Source: a virus. From it: a stretch of 64,000 bases of DNA. The DNA lies in the IMG/VR virus record IMGVR_UViG_3300035492_000037; one strand, 5' to 3'. Under the pieces are notes generated by a model. That model saw nothing but the letters and a program-made list of their open reading frames with translations, was not told the origin of the DNA and searched no databases. Shown here one piece after another: positions 42,840 through 52,848 of this stretch (position 1 is its first letter; the number at the start of each line of letters is the position of its first letter). The translations under genes were made by a program, and so were the position numbers.

Positions 42840-43154
42840 ATGACCGACAGCCATGAGGGCAGGACAGTGCATGAGCGAGTCGGCGCCCTGGAGCAAGAGG
42901 CAGCCGTCACTCGGCATCGCCTAGACAGATTCGACCGGGACCACGCGCAGTCACCCAACCGCCTGACCAAGCTTGAGCAGCAGTTCGAGCACATGACCCG
43001 CCAGCTCACCGCGATCGGAGAGAGCCAGGACGAGGTAGCCGGGAAGGTGGACACACTGAGCAACAAGCTCACCTATGGGATTGGCGCCGGCGTGGTGCTG
43101 GTTGCCGTGTTCGACAAGCTGTGGCCGTTCGTTGCCAAGGGGTTCGGCGCATGA
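42840..43154 (+). CDS. Coiled-coil membrane protein of the lysis cassette (holin-associated)
   Basis: Heptad region plus a C-terminal TM; precedes the holin. Confidence 0.55.
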   Translation: MTDSHEGRTVHERVGALEQEAAVTRHRLDRFDRDHAQSPNRLTKLEQQFEHMTRQLTAIGESQDEVAGKVDTLSNKLTYGIGAGVVLVAVFDKLWPFVAKGFGA

Positions 43155-43363
43155 ACCTGATCCCCGAATGGCGCAAGTCATGGCGCCTCACCAGTGTGCA
43201 GCTCGCCATCCTGACAGCCGTGCTAAACGCAGCAGCCGGTGCATGGGTAGCGTTCGAAGGCCACATCAACCCCGTCGCATGGGCCAGCGTGAACATGGTT
43301 CTCGGCGTGGCTATGGCTATCGCCAGGGTCGTGTCGCAGCCGAAGGTGACTGGCAATGAGTGA
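43151..43363 (+). CDS. Holin
   Basis: 70 aa, two TMs, LIPEWRKSWRLTSVQ…ARVVSQP motif. Confidence 0.7.
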   Translation: MNLIPEWRKSWRLTSVQLAILTAVLNAAAGAWVAFEGHINPVAWASVNMVLGVAMAIARVVSQPKVTGNE

Positions 43364-43538
43364 AGAGTACGACGGCCTTATCGACGGACGGGAAGATTAC
43401 GTCGGGTTCGGCGAGAGCATTAGCGAAGAGACGATATGAAACGCCTCCACGCCAGCCTGATACTGATATGCCTCGCAGCCTGTGTCGCTGTGATGATTGG
43501 GAGGGAGGTGTGGGTGTACTCACGCAAGAGGAAAGGCA

Positions 43539-43793
43539 ATGACCGAAAGACCAAAGGTCGTCGAGTTCAAGCGTGAAGGATGGCGAGACGCTATCAAGAC
43601 ACTCCGCACCATTGCCGACCAGATGGAGTCGGGCGAAGTGCCTCGCTGCGACGTTGGCATCCTCGTGACGATGGGTCCAGACGGAGAGATCGACACATAC
43701 GGCATGGGCGGCAAAGGCGAAGACCTGGCGCTGCTCGGCCTGCTCCGGTGCGCTGAGCAAGTGATTATCGAGAGCACCCTATACCCGGAGTGA
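43539..43793 (+). CDS. Hypothetical phage protein
   Basis: AGGAAAGG RBS; 84 aa before the small terminase. Confidence 0.6.
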   Translation: MTERPKVVEFKREGWRDAIKTLRTIADQMESGEVPRCDVGILVTMGPDGEIDTYGMGGKGEDLALLGLLRCAEQVIIESTLYPE

Positions 43794-43796
43794 CCT

Positions 43797-44423
43797 ATGG
43801 CCCTGACTCAGAAGCAGGAAGCCTTCGCGCTTGCCTACTTTGAGACGGGCAATGCCAGCGAGGCATACAGGCGTTCGTACAACGCCGAGAACATGAGCCC
43901 TAACGTGATTCACAACAAGGCCAGCGCATTGATGGCTAAGGGTGATGTCAGGGTTAGGATTGAACAGCTCCGCGCCAAGGCTGAAACGGCCTCAGTAATG
44001 AGTCGGCAGGAGGCCCTGGAGCGACTTTCGACCTTCGCCCGCACCGATATATCCGACCTGGTCGAGTTCGGCGCGTATGAGCTTGGCCAGGACGATGACG
44101 GCAAGCCGATTGTCCAGGCTGCCTGGAAGATCCGCGATTCTGTCCTGCAAGACCCGAAGAAGCTGGCGGCGATATCTGAACTGTCCGCTGGCCGTGACGG
44201 GATCAAGATCAAGACCCATTCGCCGCTTCAGGCGATCCAGCAACTTGCCAAGCTGCAGGGCTGGGACGTTCACGAGCTTGACATTGAAGGCAAGCGCCTG
44301 GCTAACGAGAAGGCGCGCCGCGAGCTTGAAGGCGAGCAGACAGTGCCCGTGGCCAAGATAGAGATCGAGGTGGTAGGTGGAAGGACGGACGCTAAGGCTT
44401 CAGATGACGGAGCCGCAGGCTAG
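43797..44423 (+). CDS. terS: Terminase small subunit
   Basis: LTQKQEAFALAY..TGNASEAYRRSY. Confidence 0.9.
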   Translation: MALTQKQEAFALAYFETGNASEAYRRSYNAENMSPNVIHNKASALMAKGDVRVRIEQLRAKAETASVMSRQEALERLSTFARTDISDLVEFGAYELGQDDDGKPIVQAAWKIRDSVLQDPKKLAAISELSAGRDGIKIKTHSPLQAIQQLAKLQGWDVHELDIEGKRLANEKARRELEGEQTVPVAKIEIEVVGGRTDAKASDDGAAG

Positions 44424-45654
44424 GTTCTTCCAGCTGCGCGACAAGTACCCGGCATTCGTGGGCGGGTTTGGTACCGGCAAGACTGAGACGCTAGCCAATT
44501 GCGCGATCCGTGACGGCCTTGAGTCGTCCTCTGCCCTGATTGCCCTCTATGAGCCGACCTATGATCTGGTCCGCCTGATCCTGGCGCCGCGGATGGAGGA
44601 GAAGCTTTCTTCGCTGGGCATCCGGTACAAGTACAACAAGCAAGAGAACATCATCTACACCAGCTCAGGCCAGTGTGGTGACTTCGTGCTTCGTACCCTG
44701 GAGAACCCGGCGCGGATCATCGGCTACGAGTCGTACCGAGCGCACGTCGACGAGATCGACACGCTCAAGAAGGATCAGGCAAAGCTCGCCTGGCAGAAGA
44801 TCATCGCGCGGAATCGGCAGCGGCCTGATGGCATTGCTGACCCGTTCAACCGCGTTTCGGCTTACACCACGCCGGAAGGCTACCGGTTCGTTTACGACAC
44901 CTGGGGCCGCAATCCTAAGCCTGGCTACGTGATGGTCCAGGCTGCCACGTACAGCAACCCATTCCTGCCGGATGACTACGTGCAGACCCTGCGCGACAGC
45001 TATCCGGCCGCCCTGATCGATGCCTATATCGAAGGGCGATTCACGAACCTGACATCGGGCAGCGTCTACCCCGACTTTGACCGCGCGCTGAATCACTCAG
45101 ACGCCACGCTGCAAGAAGGTGAGCCGGCCCTTATCGGGATGGACTTCAACCGTTTGCACATGAGTGCCGTGATCTACGTCATGCGCGATGGCTGGCCGGT
45201 GGCCGTGGACGAGATCACTGACGGGCGTGATACGCCGCAGATGGTCGAGCTGTTCCTCGAGCGCTACAAGCGCCGCGGGCACGCCGTGACGATCTTCCCT
45301 GACGCCAGCGGACAGAACAGCAGCAGCAAGAATGCCAGCGAGTCGGACCTGAGCATCATTCGGCAGGCAGGCCTTGCTGTGCGGGTGAACAGTACGAACC
45401 CAGCCATCATGGACCGCGTGAACGCCGTCAATGCCTTGATCCTGAATGGGCAGGGTGAGCGCCGCCTGAAGGTCAACACGCACCGCTGCCCGCATTTGAC
45501 GGATGGCCTAGAGCAGCAGGCGTTCGACAAGAACGGAATGCCCGACAAGTCCAGCGGTATCGATCACGTCATCGACGCGGCCGGCTATCCGCTGGCTCAC
45601 ATGTTCCCCGTATCTAAACCTGTCACCTCACTCAAACTCGGATTTGCACGATGA
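44377..45654 (+). CDS. terL: Terminase large subunit (PBSX-like)
   Basis: GGFGTGKT Walker A, HVDE Walker B, GMDFN and DHVIDAAGY nuclease motifs. Confidence 0.93.
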   Translation: MEGRTLRLQMTEPQARFFQLRDKYPAFVGGFGTGKTETLANCAIRDGLESSSALIALYEPTYDLVRLILAPRMEEKLSSLGIRYKYNKQENIIYTSSGQCGDFVLRTLENPARIIGYESYRAHVDEIDTLKKDQAKLAWQKIIARNRQRPDGIADPFNRVSAYTTPEGYRFVYDTWGRNPKPGYVMVQAATYSNPFLPDDYVQTLRDSYPAALIDAYIEGRFTNLTSGSVYPDFDRALNHSDATLQEGEPALIGMDFNRLHMSAVIYVMRDGWPVAVDEITDGRDTPQMVELFLERYKRRGHAVTIFPDASGQNSSSKNASESDLSIIRQAGLAVRVNSTNPAIMDRVNAVNALILNGQGERRLKVNTHRCPHLTDGLEQQAFDKNGMPDKSSGIDHVIDAAGYPLAHMFPVSKPVTSLKLGFAR

Positions 45655-47096
45655 CCGATGTCACCTATCAGCGCCAGGACTACAAGGACGCCCTGTACCG
45701 TTGGCGCTTGGTGCGCGACGTGTGCAAAGGCTCCGAGGCGGTCAAGAACGAGCGCACGCGGTACCTGCCGCAGCCTAACGCGCAGGACGAAAGCGACGAG
45801 AACAAAGCCCGTTACGATGCCTATCTGGCGCGGGCCGTGTTCTACAACGCCACTGGCCGCACGAAAGGCAGCCTCGTCGGTGCCGTGTTTCGCACCTGGC
45901 CCGTTGTCACGCTGCCGAAGCTGCTGGAGTACGTCACCAAGGACGTAGACGGGCAGGGCGTGAGCATCTACCAACAGTCGCAGTCGGTTATCGGGCATCT
46001 GCTCGAAACCGGCCGGCATGGTCTGCTCGTGGACTACCCATCAGTTGAGCCGGGCACCGTCAGCCAGGCGGACATGGCATCCGGCGCGATTCGGCCGACT
46101 GTCTCCAGCTACCCGGCTGAGGCCATCATCAACTGGAAGACTCGCAAGGTTGGTGGCCGGCATGTGCTGTCGCTGATCGTTCTGCGAGAGACGGTTGACG
46201 AGGACACAGAAGACGGCTTCGGCGTCGAGTCCAAAGACCAGTACCGCGTTCTGCGGCTGAATGAGTCCGGCCAGTACCAGCAAGAGCTATGGCGTCAGGC
46301 TGGCGGCGGCTGGATGGTCGAAGACCCGCGCATTCCGCTGGATGGCTCCGGCAAGCCCTGGACTGTAATCCCGTTCCAGTTCGTCGGCAGCGAGAACAAC
46401 GACACGTCGATTGATGAGTCGCCGCTGTACGACATGGCTGAGATCAACATCGGTCACTATCACAACAGCGCGGACTATGAGGAAGCGGCCTACCTGGTCG
46501 GCCAGCCTCAGCCGTGGATGTCTGGCCTTGACGAGCAGTGGCGCGACCACTTCGAAGAGACGGGCATCTACCTCGGCTCTCGTGCCCCCTGGCTGCTTCC
46601 GGTCAATGGTGCGTGCGGCGTCTGGCAGGCCCAGCCCAACACGGTCGCCAAAGAGGCCATGGACGCCAAAGAGCGCCAGATGGTGGCTCTTGGTGCCCGC
46701 CTGATCGAGAAAGGTAGCGCGGTCAAGACCGCCACTCAGTCCGAGGCAGAGACGGCGGCAGAGCATAGCGCCCTGTCGCTGATCGTCAGCAACGTGTCGG
46801 AAGCCTACACGCAGTGTCTGATGTGGATGGCTCAGTTCCTGAACGTCAGCGGCGAGATCGAATACACGCTGAATCAGGACTTCACCCAATCCAACCTTGA
46901 CCCGCAGATGCTGCAGCAGATCCTGCAAGCGGTCATGGCCGGCAAGATGCCTGAGTCTGACTTCTGGCGTTACCTGCGCGACTTCCAGCTGATCGATCCC
47001 GAGAAGACCGACGAGGAAATTCGGGAAGAGATCGCGGGCAGTGGCACCGGCCTGAACCTGGAGGATGACAATGGCGACGGCGGAGCGACTGATTGA
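45651..47096 (+). CDS. Portal protein (DUF4055-like)
   Basis: 481 aa after terL; YLPQP…YLARAVFYN; PLYDMAEINIGHY..SAD. Confidence 0.88.
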   Translation: MTDVTYQRQDYKDALYRWRLVRDVCKGSEAVKNERTRYLPQPNAQDESDENKARYDAYLARAVFYNATGRTKGSLVGAVFRTWPVVTLPKLLEYVTKDVDGQGVSIYQQSQSVIGHLLETGRHGLLVDYPSVEPGTVSQADMASGAIRPTVSSYPAEAIINWKTRKVGGRHVLSLIVLRETVDEDTEDGFGVESKDQYRVLRLNESGQYQQELWRQAGGGWMVEDPRIPLDGSGKPWTVIPFQFVGSENNDTSIDESPLYDMAEINIGHYHNSADYEEAAYLVGQPQPWMSGLDEQWRDHFEETGIYLGSRAPWLLPVNGACGVWQAQPNTVAKEAMDAKERQMVALGARLIEKGSAVKTATQSEAETAAEHSALSLIVSNVSEAYTQCLMWMAQFLNVSGEIEYTLNQDFTQSNLDPQMLQQILQAVMAGKMPESDFWRYLRDFQLIDPEKTDEEIREEIAGSGTGLNLEDDNGDGGATD

Positions 47097-48138
47097 GGCG
47101 GCGACTCGCAACGGCGTGATGCTCGAGCGCCTGAAGGCTGGAGAGGTCCAGAAGATCGATCCATTCCTTCGGCGCATCGACAAGGACATCCGGGAGCGAC
47201 TGAGCCGTGATGCGCTGACCGCGTACAGTCGGCAGCGGCTGGAAACGATGCTCGCCACGATCGACGCGATGATTGCGAAGGTCCACGGCGAGTTTTCCGA
47301 GCAGCTACTGCTAGACCTGTTCGATATTGGCAGCTACGAGGCCGAGTTTGAAGCAAGGTCGCTCGATCAGGTGCTGGTCAACATCTCGGTAGCGACCCCT
47401 ACCGTTCAAGCGATACAGGCCGCTGTGAAGGCTCAGCCGCTGAGCGTGACCGGGCCGGATGGCGGCAAGCTGCTGGAGCCGTTCATTGCCGACTGGCTGC
47501 AGGCTGAGCGCAACCGGGTCACTGGCGCGATTCGTATGGGCTATGTCCAGGGTGAGACGAATCAGGCCATCATCAACCGTATTCGTGGCACCAAGGCGCT
47601 GCAGTACAGCGACGGCTTGCTGGCGATCAGCAAGCGCAATGCCGAAGCCGTGGTCAGGACTGGCATCCAGCACGTCGCAAGCGTGGCGCGCATGGAGACG
47701 TGGAAGGCCAACAGTGACGTGGTAACCGGCTATCGCTGGGTTTCGACCCTTGACGGCCGCACCTCCAATACCTGCAAAAGCCTCGATGGCCGATCGTTCA
47801 AGATGGGCAAAGGACCACTGCCGCCGATCCACATCCGCTGCCGCAGCACGACGGCCGCAGAGCTGGACGCTCGCTACTCGTTCCTCGACGACGACGCGAC
47901 ACGCGCGTCCAAGGACGGCTACGTCGATGCCGGCGAGTCGTATTACTCGTGGCTGCAGAAACAGCCGGCCTCCTTCCAAGACATTGCGCTTGGAAAGGAG
48001 CGGGCAACCCTGTTCCGCAAGGGTGGGCTGAGCGCTGAGCGCTTCGCCGAACTCCAGCTAGACCGCAACTTCAAGCCTCTGACCCTCGACCAGCTCCGCG
48101 CACTGGAGCCGGCAGCGTTTGAGCGCGCAGGAATCTGA
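47065..48138 (+). CDS. Minor head protein (SPP1 gp7/Mu F family)
   Basis: WVSTLDGRTS..C..LDG…PPIHIRCRS. Confidence 0.88.
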   Translation: MTMATAERLIEAATRNGVMLERLKAGEVQKIDPFLRRIDKDIRERLSRDALTAYSRQRLETMLATIDAMIAKVHGEFSEQLLLDLFDIGSYEAEFEARSLDQVLVNISVATPTVQAIQAAVKAQPLSVTGPDGGKLLEPFIADWLQAERNRVTGAIRMGYVQGETNQAIINRIRGTKALQYSDGLLAISKRNAEAVVRTGIQHVASVARMETWKANSDVVTGYRWVSTLDGRTSNTCKSLDGRSFKMGKGPLPPIHIRCRSTTAAELDARYSFLDDDATRASKDGYVDAGESYYSWLQKQPASFQDIALGKERATLFRKGGLSAERFAELQLDRNFKPLTLDQLRALEPAAFERAGI

Positions 48139-48187
48139 TTCACCTCCGCAGGCTGGGCCTGCAACCACTGTCTCCGGGAGACAAGCG

Positions 48188-48901
48188 ATGACCCTGAAAT
48201 ACCAACTGGACAGCCTGGAAGGGCTGGAGCCGGCCGTGGCTGCCATGTACGAAGAGAAGGATGGGAAGTTCGTCCTGAAGGTCGAAGGCATCCCGCAGCC
48301 AGAGGACACTACCGGCCTTCGCAACAAGGTCGAAGAGCTGCTTCGAGAGAAGAAGGACGAGAAGGCGCGCCGTGAGCAGGCTGAAGAAGCCGCCCGCATC
48401 GCCGCCGAGGAGGCCGCCCGCAAGAATGGCGACACCGAAGCGCTCGACCGCAGCTGGAATGAGAAGTACAGCAAGGCGCTCGGCGAGAAGGATCAGGCAC
48501 TGAGCGCGCTTCAGGCTCAGGTGCATGCGCTGACCGTTGGCGCTACTGCCGCACGCCTGGCTGGCGAACTCGCCGTGCAGGGGTCATCCGCGGTCCTGCA
48601 GCGCCTTATCGAGCCTCGCCTGTCCATGGATATGCGCGACGGCAAACCGGTTGTTGTGGTGCTCGACAACGAAGGGCGCCCAACCGCTCTGACTCCCGAT
48701 GAGCTGAAGAACGAGATCATCAGCGACGCCGCTCTGGCGCCGTTGGTGGCTGGAAGCAAGGCAACTGGCGGCGGGGCTGCCGGTAGCAAAGGCGGCGGGG
48801 CCGCAAAAACGTGGGACCAACTCTCCGGTATGGAGCGCGTAGAGCTTCGCCGAACCAACCCCGCCGAGCATGCCCGCCTGAAGGCAGCAGCAGGCCAGTA
48901 A
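48188..48901 (+). CDS. Capsid scaffolding protein
   Basis: Charged coiled coil; GGGAAG near the C-terminus; precedes the capsid gene. Confidence 0.75.
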   Translation: MTLKYQLDSLEGLEPAVAAMYEEKDGKFVLKVEGIPQPEDTTGLRNKVEELLREKKDEKARREQAEEAARIAAEEAARKNGDTEALDRSWNEKYSKALGEKDQALSALQAQVHALTVGATAARLAGELAVQGSSAVLQRLIEPRLSMDMRDGKPVVVVLDNEGRPTALTPDELKNEIISDAALAPLVAGSKATGGGAAGSKGGGAAKTWDQLSGMERVELRRTNPAEHARLKAAAGQ

Positions 48902-48917
48902 CCAAGGAATCACAGAT

Positions 48918-49928
48918 ATGCCTACCATCCTTTCCGACGTAGTCTTCCGCGACGAATTGCGCGACTACATCAACGTCACCAGCGTGGAGCAGACCGCGTT
49001 CTTCTCCTCGGGCATCCTCGTCCAGAACAACGATATGTCCCAGCTGCTGGCCAGCCCGTCCAACACCTTCACCATTCCCTGGTGGGTTGACCTGGACGCC
49101 TCGGTCGAGTCGAACTACTCGAACGACGTGTACACCGACATCGCGACTCCGCTGTCCGTGGCCACCTCCAGCATGCAGGCTCGCGCTGCCTACCTGAACG
49201 AAGGTTGGAACGCGATGAACCTGGTGAAGAACATCACCAAGCAAGACCCGCTGGAGTACGTCGGCTCGCGCCTGATGAGCTACTGGCAGAAGGTTGCCCA
49301 GCGCCGCACCATCGCGACCGCTGTCGGCTTGTACAACGACAACGTGGCTTCCAATGGCGGCGACATGGTCGTCGACGCAGGCGGTCCGATCACTGCGGCT
49401 GCGATCATCAACGCTCGCGCCACCATGGGCGACTACGGCGGTTCAAGCCTGGGCGTCATTGCGATGCACTCCGCCGTGCACACCGAACTGCAGATCCTCA
49501 ACCTGATCGATTACACCCCGATCGCCGACCAGATCCCTGAGTTCGGTCGCTATCAGGGTATGCGCGTCGTGGTTGACGACGGCATGCCGGTCATCGCGGG
49601 CACCCCGAACAAGTACCTGTCCATCATCTTCCGCCCGGGCGCCATAGGTTATGCCGAACAGCAGCCGGCCGGTGAGGATGGTCTGGAGTACGTGCGCGAG
49701 CCCGAGCGCGGCAACGGCGGCGGCGCTGAGACCCTGTGGAGCCGTCGCAACTTCGTGATCCATCCGCTGGGTTACGCGTTCACCTCCACGACCATCACCG
49801 GCAACGGCACCGAAACCCGCCCGGCCTCGGCCTCGTGGGCCGACCTGGCGCTCGCTGCCAACTGGGAGCGCAAGCTGGATCGCAAGCAGGTTCCGATTGC
49901 GTTCGTGCTGTCCAGCGTCGCTGGCTAA
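48918..49928 (+). CDS. Major capsid protein
   Basis: 336 aa; FFSSGI…IPWW.DLD; VIAMHSAV…VVVDDGMP…ANWER. Confidence 0.88.
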   Translation: MPTILSDVVFRDELRDYINVTSVEQTAFFSSGILVQNNDMSQLLASPSNTFTIPWWVDLDASVESNYSNDVYTDIATPLSVATSSMQARAAYLNEGWNAMNLVKNITKQDPLEYVGSRLMSYWQKVAQRRTIATAVGLYNDNVASNGGDMVVDAGGPITAAAIINARATMGDYGGSSLGVIAMHSAVHTELQILNLIDYTPIADQIPEFGRYQGMRVVVDDGMPVIAGTPNKYLSIIFRPGAIGYAEQQPAGEDGLEYVREPERGNGGGAETLWSRRNFVIHPLGYAFTSTTITGNGTETRPASASWADLALAANWERKLDRKQVPIAFVLSSVAG

Positions 49929-49980
49929 CCTGGTTCCGGCCTCCTCGTGAGGCCGGCCCTTCAAGCATCAGGAGATTCCC

Positions 49981-50193
49981 ATGCAAGAAGACAAGTACAT
50001 GAACCCCAACAGCAAAGCGCGCTGGGGCTTCGGCGGTGACGCAGGTAACATCACCGTTGGCCCGAAGACTGTCGGTGAGACTGGCGGCGTCGAGCACGGC
50101 CGCAGCGAGCCAAAGGACGAAGGCGCTACACGCAACGGCGGCGGCGACGCACAGCCGCAAGCACGCAGCCGCAAGCGCGCCACCGAGGAATAA
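49981..50193 (+). CDS. Small hypothetical head-region protein
   Basis: GGAG RBS; 70 aa. Confidence 0.5.
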   Translation: MQEDKYMNPNSKARWGFGGDAGNITVGPKTVGETGGVEHGRSEPKDEGATRNGGGDAQPQARSRKRATEE

Positions 50194-50196
50194 AGC

Positions 50197-50694
50197 ATGG
50201 CTCTCATCGTAGAGGACGGAACGAGCAAGGTTGACGCCGAGAGTTATGCGACAGCCGCTGAACTGGTGGTATATGCCGCCAAATACGGCCGCACGATACC
50301 TGCCGCGGAAGCCGAGCAGGAGGCACTGCTGCGCCGCGCCGCCGATGCGATGAATGTCATGTCGTGGAAGGGCAAGAAGACCAGTTCAGGCCAGGCGCTT
50401 GCCTTTCCGCGCACCGGGGTAGAGGTAGACGGCGAAATCAAGCCTTCAACCCTGATTCCCCGCCAAATTCAGTACGGCCAGATGGCTCTGGCTGCCGAGA
50501 TTCACGCGGACGACATCGACCCGCCTGCCCAGCGCCAGGGCGCAGTGATCCGCGAACGCGTAGATGGCGCCGTAGACGTGCAGTACGCCGAGAACAAGTC
50601 GGGCTATCTGCTGCCGGCCGCTCCCGATCGGCAAAGCCGGACGCAGTTCGCTGACTATCTGGTCAAACGTGGCCTATTTGCCGTGAGGGCGTGA
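50197..50694 (+). CDS. Head-tail connector (DnaT-like phage family)
   Basis: LIVEDGT…AESY..EALLRRA…QALAFPR.G…VDVQY. Confidence 0.8.
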   Translation: MALIVEDGTSKVDAESYATAAELVVYAAKYGRTIPAAEAEQEALLRRAADAMNVMSWKGKKTSSGQALAFPRTGVEVDGEIKPSTLIPRQIQYGQMALAAEIHADDIDPPAQRQGAVIRERVDGAVDVQYAENKSGYLLPAAPDRQSRTQFADYLVKRGLFAVRA

Positions 50695-50695
50695 C

Positions 50696-51073
50696 ATGTC
50701 GCAGTTCTACGACCGCATGGCCTCGACCGCTCTGCGGTTGATAGAACGCTTCGGCCAGACCATTATCCTGCGCGACACGGTGCCGGGCGAGTACGACCCT
50801 GTGACCGGAGGGCAGACGCCTGACGTTGAGGTCAACCAGCCCGCACAGGCCATCCTGCAGGACTACGCGCTACAGCAGTCCGGGATGACCTACGCCGAGG
50901 GCACAGTCATCAAGCAGGGCGACAAGAAGATCCTCGTCGCAGCCCAGGGCATCACACCGCCGACGCTCACCACGACCGTCACCGCAGGCGGCGCAACCTG
51001 GACCATCGTAAACATCAAAGAGATCAACCCGGCCGGTACGCCACTGGTGTACGAGCTGCAGGGGAGGCGGTGA
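50696..51073 (+). CDS. Head closure protein
   Basis: YDRMASTALRLIERFG…YDP.TG…LVYELQGR. Confidence 0.75.
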   Translation: MSQFYDRMASTALRLIERFGQTIILRDTVPGEYDPVTGGQTPDVEVNQPAQAILQDYALQQSGMTYAEGTVIKQGDKKILVAAQGITPPTLTTTVTAGGATWTIVNIKEINPAGTPLVYELQGRR

Positions 51074-51468
51074 TGGCATTCGCTGACGATGTGCGCCGAT
51101 TCGCTGTGAAGGCTGGCGATTCGAGCGACAAGATTGTCCGCGCCGTCACGCTGTCGCTGTTCAATGGGATCATCCGTGACGTTCCGGTAGATACCGGGCG
51201 TGCGCGCGGATCGTTCGAAACCACCGTAGGTCAGCCGGCCACTACGACGCCAGATCGGCTTGACCCAAGCGGCAGGCAAGCAATGGCTGAGATTGAGGCC
51301 AATGTGCCTCAGGGCGCCGGTCAGGAAACCTACATCGCGTCGAATCTGCCTTACATCGTCCAGCTGGAAGAGGGCAGCTCAAAGCAAGCCCCTGAGGGTT
51401 TCGTGCGAAGAAACATGGACAGGATAGAGCGGAATCTAAGTCGAGCGGTACGCAACAATAAGGTTTAG
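51073..51468 (+). CDS. Tail completion protein (HK97 gp10-like)
   Basis: PVDTGRARGS…NLPYI..LEEGSS.QAP.G. Confidence 0.8.
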   Translation: MAFADDVRRFAVKAGDSSDKIVRAVTLSLFNGIIRDVPVDTGRARGSFETTVGQPATTTPDRLDPSGRQAMAEIEANVPQGAGQETYIASNLPYIVQLEEGSSKQAPEGFVRRNMDRIERNLSRAVRNNKV

Positions 51469-51526
51469 CGTGTAAGCGCTAGCGGAAAGTGGCATAATGA
51501 GCCTTCTCAGATAAAGAGGCTCGCCC

Positions 51527-52345
51527 ATGTCTTACGTCGGATCAGTGTTTGGCCAGCTAACAATCCTTAGCGAGCATGCAAAGGGTTACGACAAGCGCGC
51601 TATGTGTCGCTGCTCGTGCGGCAGGGTCAAGGATATTCGCCTGCACCGAGTCATAACCGGATTTACAAGGACTTGCGGATGCGCTAACAGACGTCATGCG
51701 GTAGAGCCTGGCCGAAAGTATGGCCGCCTTACTGTGCTTTCGCTGGATTACCAGACGATAAAAGGCCACCTGAAGGTTCCGGTGAGATGTGATTGCGGCA
51801 ATGAAAAACTCATCGGCGTAGCAGAGATAGCCACCGGGAAAACGCAATCGTGCGGCTGCCTTTCTGTTGACAAGCTAGTGGCTATGAGCACGAAGCACGG
51901 CGGAGAGAAAACAGCTCTTTATTCAGTATTGCGATCAATGAAGAGTCGGTGCCTATACCCAACAGCTGAATCATTCGGCAACTATGGCGGAAGAGGAATA
52001 ACAGTCTGCCAGGATTGGCTTGATAGCTTTGAGTCATTCCGCGACTGGGCAAACTCCACCGGTTACCGGGCCGGGCTTCAGATTGATCGAATTGACGTTA
52101 ATGGAAACTATGAGCCGGCCAACTGCCGCTGGGTTACGCCAAAAGTCAACGGTAACAATCGGCGAAACAATGTTCTGCTGACCGCTTTCGAAGAGACGAA
52201 AACAATGTCGGATTGGGCTGGCGATCCGCGCTGCAAGGTTAGCTATGCGGTGCTCAAGGAGCGAATCAGCAGGCTTGGCTGGCCCCACCTTGAGGCTATA
52301 ACGACTCCCAAAGAGCCAAGACAGAAGAAGATCAAGCCCGCCTAG
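51527..52345 (+). CDS. HNH endonuclease-like protein inserted in the neck/tail operon
   Basis: Two G..FG.LT…C.C.CG…SCGC repeats; YGGRGI.VC..W; IDRIDVNGNYEPANCRW. Confidence 0.85.
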   Translation: MSYVGSVFGQLTILSEHAKGYDKRAMCRCSCGRVKDIRLHRVITGFTRTCGCANRRHAVEPGRKYGRLTVLSLDYQTIKGHLKVPVRCDCGNEKLIGVAEIATGKTQSCGCLSVDKLVAMSTKHGGEKTALYSVLRSMKSRCLYPTAESFGNYGGRGITVCQDWLDSFESFRDWANSTGYRAGLQIDRIDVNGNYEPANCRWVTPKVNGNNRRNNVLLTAFEETKTMSDWAGDPRCKVSYAVLKERISRLGWPHLEAITTPKEPRQKKIKPA

Positions 52346-52371
52346 AGCGGGCTTTTTATTGGGGCTACGAA

Positions 52372-52788
52372 ATGTCCGAATCCAAGATCCACAGCGCCCT
52401 TGTTTCGGCCTATGTCGCGTCAGGCGTCATGCCTGTGGCGCGAACTAAGTTTGAGGGGAAAGCTTTCAGTCCGCCGACAGGGCAGAGCTGGGCGCGATTA
52501 ACCGGCCTGCCAACTGGCAGAGCGCCCGCCGCTCAGGGCAAGAACGCCGCACAAGAATGGACCGGGATTTTGGTGATCGACGTTTATCACCCGATCAATA
52601 CGGGTCACGCTGGATTGCTGGCTGACGCGGACACGCTATTGGCATTCTTTTCGTCCGGCAAGCGCCTCGACTATCAAGGACAAGGAGTTCATATCCGGCG
52701 AGCTGAGCGATCTCAAATCAAAGAAGAGGCCGTCTGGCAGTCGGTCAGCGTCAGCGTCTACTGCACCGCCTGGTCATTCCCGGCGTAA
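52372..52788 (+). CDS. Tail terminator protein
   Basis: Position before the tail tube gene; GILVIDVY motif. Confidence 0.7.
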   Translation: MSESKIHSALVSAYVASGVMPVARTKFEGKAFSPPTGQSWARLTGLPTGRAPAAQGKNAAQEWTGILVIDVYHPINTGHAGLLADADTLLAFFSSGKRLDYQGQGVHIRRAERSQIKEEAVWQSVSVSVYCTAWSFPA

Positions 52789-52848
52789 CCACAACCCGAA
52801 ACACCGCGGCCCGCCTTGAGCGGGCTTTTGCATTTCTGGAGATAGCAA

